Part shown: piece after piece, positions 60,821 to 64,000 of the stretch
How the letters are laid out: every line of letters begins with the position of its first letter
Numbering within the stretch: the first letter of the stretch is position 1
Assembly (NCBI GenBank): GCA_963740315.1
Contig: CAVUDP010000002.1
Span: 3,296,001-3,360,000 of the forward strand
Origin: an uncultured cyanobacterium
GTDB taxonomy: Bacteria; Cyanobacteriota; Cyanobacteriia; Cyanobacteriales; Nostocaceae
Direction: 5' to 3'
DNA: 64,000 nucleotides
The notes under the pieces: generated by a model
What the model saw: the letters and a program-made list of their open reading frames with translations, nothing else
Databases searched by the model: none
Told to the model about the DNA's origin: nothing
Translations under genes and position numbers: made by a program

Positions 60821-60854
60821 ATTGATGCATATCCCATATGTTATTTAGTTTAAA

Positions 60855-61259
60855 TTAAGAGTTTGTTCCAGTTTGTCCCAACCGTTTAATCAAGCTAACT
60901 AGTTCGTTAGTAGGTGCATCTTTCTTGCAAAAAGCATCTACTCTACTCATTGCTTTAGTTTCTTGAAAGTAGTTCTCTTCCACAGAAGAATAAGCAATAA
61001 TTTGAGTATCGGGAGATATATCTTTAATCTTGCACGAAGCGCTCCAGCCATCCATTACTGGCATTTGCAAATCTAGCACAATCACATCGGGAGAGCAGTT
61101 TTCCACCATTTCCACGGCTTCTTTACCGTTGCTAGCCAAACCTACAACTTGAATATTTTCCTGAGAAGAAAAAGCAATTTGAAGGGCTAAACGAGTAAGT
61201 TCGTGGTCGTCAACTACTAAAACCCTTAAGGTTGAAGGCTCACAAGACAACATTAACAT
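60855..61259 (-). CDS. Single-domain response regulator (NarL-type receiver, no output domain)
   Basis: VLVVDDHELTR, VIVLDLQMPVMDG, AYSS, FCKK. Confidence 0.92.
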   Translation of the reverse strand: MLMLSCEPSTLRVLVVDDHELTRLALQIAFSSQENIQVVGLASNGKEAVEMVENCSPDVIVLDLQMPVMDGWSASCKIKDISPDTQIIAYSSVEENYFQETKAMSRVDAFCKKDAPTNELVSLIKRLGQTGTNS

Positions 61260-61412
61260 TTAATAAATACAAAAGAATTTACACTAACCTTTATAGTTTA
61301 TGGGATAAGGTAGGGCAAGTAACTCTATCCTATGGGTGAATAACTTCTATGCATTAATGACAAATATTTAGTATTCTGCTTAAAAATCATTAAAGTTAGC
61401 CAAAATATCAGC

Positions 61413-63629
61413 TTAAGGTAAGTCAACAAGATACAAAGAATTCTTTTTGGAACTGATTAAATTCGAGATATTGGTACTTTTCTCTGAAGCAATTTGCATC
61501 AACATTTTTTGCGAACCGGCTTCTGGCGAGTCTTCGCTCGGCTTTCTCTGGATGTAACTACCATCTGACTGTAGTTCCCAAGCTTGACGGTTATCAGCGA
61601 GCATAATCCCTAAGATTTCTTGTATGTCTTTAGCAATATCTAAATCTTCTATCGGGGTTATAACTTCTACCCTTCGGTCTAAATTTCGGGGCATCCAGTC
61701 AGCACTACCAATAAAAATCTGTTCATCACCATTATTGTAAAAGTAAAAAATACGGGAATGTTCTAAAAAGCGACCCACAATACTAATTACGCGAATATTT
61801 TCGCTTACGTCTTTAAGTCCCGGACGCAAACAGCAGATTCCCCGCACGATCAAGTCAATTTGTACTCCCGCATGAGAAGCTTCATACAAAGCAGCAATGA
61901 TTTGAGGGTCTACCAAAGAGTTCATTTTCGCTACAATCCTTCCCGAAGATCCATTTTGAACGTTTTCGATTTCCTGATGAATCAGCATTAGAAAACGTTC
62001 TCGGATATTGACTGGTGCTACTAATAATTTTCGATAAGCTTTTTGCCGAGAATAACCAGTCAAGAAATTAAATACATCAGTGACATCAGCCCCCAGTTCT
62101 TCCCGACAACTGAATAAGCCGACATCAGTATAAATTCTTGCTGTCTTCGGATTATAGTTCCCGGTGCCAATATGTACGTAACGACGGATGCGCTCTTGTT
62201 CCTGACGCACAACCATAACAATTTTACTGTGAGTTTTTAGACCTACAAGTCCGTAAACTACATGAACGCCCATACTTTCTAAACGTCTAGCCCAGTAAAT
62301 ATTGTTCTCTTCATCAAAACGTGCCTTAAGTTCCACAAGCACGGACACTTGCTTGCCATTTTCAGCAGCATTTATCAAAGCATTTACAATTGGCGAATCC
62401 CCAGAAGTCCGGTAAAGCGTCATTTTGATTGCCAATACGTCCGGATCGTGAGCAGAATTAGTAATAAAACGTACTACCGAAGCACTAAAGGATTCATAAG
62501 GGTGATGTACAAACAAATCCCCTTCGCGAATTATGGTGAAAAAATCTTTTCCTTCTTCTATAGGCTGCATATTCGGATTAAAAGTTGACTCCTTTATCCG
62601 TTGCAGGCTAGAAGGTACTACAGGCTTCCAAGGTGGATCTTTTAATTCTGGGGCTGGTAGTGACAAAAAGTACATTAAGTCTTTTAATCCTAAAAGACCG
62701 TTTATTTCATAGACATCATTTTCCGATAAATCTAAAACTTCTAACAGCTTGTTTCTAACTGCATCTGGTGTTTGAGATTGCAACTCTATTCTTACCGGAT
62801 TACCTCCAGCGCGTCGTTTTCGCAATTCCTGTTCGATCGCTAATAACAAATCGTCCGCTTCATCTTCTTCCAAAGCCAAATCGGCATCGCGAGTAATCCG
62901 GAACGTGTAATATTCCTGGATATTCATTCCTGGGAACAAAGACTCCAAATTGTGAGCGATCGCCTGCTCGATAGGTACGCCAGTCCAAATGGAAGGTTTG
63001 CCATTTTTTTCAATACCCAACTCTGGGGGTAAAGGCAAAAAGCGCGGTAGCACTTTAGGAACTTTGATTCTGGCGAAATGTTCTTCTTCCGTTTCGGGGT
63101 TTCTGACAACAACCGCCAAATTCAAGCTGAGATTAGAAATGTAGGGAAAGGGATGACTTGGATCTACAGCAAGGGGGGTAATAACGGGAAAAACTTGTTC
63201 CTCAAAGTAATTGTCTAAATATTTGCGCTGTTTCTCAGTTAAATCGATGTAATCGAGAATATGAATACCATGAGATTTTAATTCTGGTTGCAGTTTCTTT
63301 TCAAAATGTTGGTGCTGCTGAACTACTACCGGACGCAACATAAAGCTAATTTCTTCTAATTGCTGTTGCGGCGTGCGACTATCAAAACTTTTGCTACTAA
63401 CTTTAGCTTCTACCTGTTGCCTTAACCCTGCAACTCGCACCATGAAGAATTCATCAAGATTAGTGCAGAAAATTGCCAAAAATTTGAGACGTTCGAGCAA
63501 AGGTGTTCGGGCATCCATTGCTTCATGCAATACCCGATTATTAAATTCCAGCCAGCTTAACTCTCGGTTGAGATAGTATTTTGGGTCTGATAACTTGTTC
63601 GGATTGGCAGTTTTCTTCGATTTCGCCAT
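61413..63629 (-). CDS. ppk1: Polyphosphate kinase 1
   Basis: NRELSWLEFN, NLDEFFMVRVAG, HHPYESF, ELKARFDEENN, KTHSK, GTGNYN, RFLEHSR. Confidence 0.98.
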   Translation of the reverse strand: MAKSKKTANPNKLSDPKYYLNRELSWLEFNNRVLHEAMDARTPLLERLKFLAIFCTNLDEFFMVRVAGLRQQVEAKVSSKSFDSRTPQQQLEEISFMLRPVVVQQHQHFEKKLQPELKSHGIHILDYIDLTEKQRKYLDNYFEEQVFPVITPLAVDPSHPFPYISNLSLNLAVVVRNPETEEEHFARIKVPKVLPRFLPLPPELGIEKNGKPSIWTGVPIEQAIAHNLESLFPGMNIQEYYTFRITRDADLALEEDEADDLLLAIEQELRKRRAGGNPVRIELQSQTPDAVRNKLLEVLDLSENDVYEINGLLGLKDLMYFLSLPAPELKDPPWKPVVPSSLQRIKESTFNPNMQPIEEGKDFFTIIREGDLFVHHPYESFSASVVRFITNSAHDPDVLAIKMTLYRTSGDSPIVNALINAAENGKQVSVLVELKARFDEENNIYWARRLESMGVHVVYGLVGLKTHSKIVMVVRQEQERIRRYVHIGTGNYNPKTARIYTDVGLFSCREELGADVTDVFNFLTGYSRQKAYRKLLVAPVNIRERFLMLIHQEIENVQNGSSGRIVAKMNSLVDPQIIAALYEASHAGVQIDLIVRGICCLRPGLKDVSENIRVISIVGRFLEHSRIFYFYNNGDEQIFIGSADWMPRNLDRRVEVITPIEDLDIAKDIQEILGIMLADNRQAWELQSDGSYIQRKPSEDSPEAGSQKMLMQIASEKSTNISNLISSKKNSLYLVDLP

Positions 63630-63755
63630 GATGACCTTGGTGGGCTGGTGCGACAGATATAATATTAAGCTTGACTATAAATATAGTAGATTAAATGTAG
63701 CCTCCGATTCTATCTGAAGAATAATTATCAGTTAACACTGCTCACTGATAACTGC

Positions 63756-64000
63756 TTACTGTTTCTTCTCTTTCGCTGCTGCGGAAACTGGTAGCTGTAG
63801 ATTTTGGTTATAAACGAACTTATTATTGATTACTATCTGTCGTTTGGGAAGAGTATTATTGGAATTTAGCTCATCTTGAGGAGAAACCCGCAAAGTATAT
63901 TTACCAACGGGAACACCATCAAGACGATATAAACCAAATTGGTCGGTTGTTCCAGATAATACTCGTGCGCCAGTGCTGGTGACTAATTCTATACTTACTT
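63756..64000 (-). CDS. 3' end of a protein with a carboxypeptidase-regulatory-like/CnaB beta-sandwich domain (partial)
   Basis: Read manually: VSIELVTSTGARVLSGTTDQFGLYRLDGVPVGKYTLRVSP...AKEKKQ*; TDxxGxYxxxxxPxGxYTLxV pattern. Confidence 0.75.
   Translation of the reverse strand, partial: VSIELVTSTGARVLSGTTDQFGLYRLDGVPVGKYTLRVSPQDELNSNNTLPKRQIVINNKFVYNQNLQLPVSAAAKEKKQ

Overview
This is chromosomal DNA from a filamentous, probably heterocystous cyanobacterium (Nostocales-like). That assignment is inferred from frequent HIP1 GCGATCGC octamers, abundant 7-8 bp STRR tandem repeats, the rpsL-rpsG-fusA-tufA-rpsJ gene order, Fd-GOGAT glsF and crr7. Most of the window is core genome: clpS, a radical SAM-DUF2344 fusion, rne-rnhB, pheA, the str operon, iscA, glsF, dxr, tRNA-Thr(CGT) and ppk1. 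Four things stand out. (1) An intact IS607-family element (serine-recombinase TnpA plus TnpB) sits just upstream of clpS, with both junctions and a probable omega-RNA and guide readable. (2) An ~18.4 kb divergent two-module lipid-linked-sugar glycosylation locus (31490-49895) encodes 2 GT2 polyprenyl-P glycosyltransferases, 2 different flippase types, 7 predicted GT-C-type membrane proteins, a methyltransferase and an unknown alpha/alpha-toroid-like enzyme. It lies between a polysaccharide deacetylase gene and dxr. (3) A layered set of small mobile DNA is present: TA-flanked ~120 bp MITEs carrying GTAG REP-like cores (one as an exact 3 x 119 bp array), a ~40 nt structured dispersed repeat found four times (once in-frame inside a gene), and inverted composite repeats bracketing dxr. 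(4) Two coding lesions are present: a 1-bp deletion in fusA (probably an assembly error) and an in-frame TGA in a DUF1997-like gene. All family assignments come from motif recognition by eye; no searches were run.
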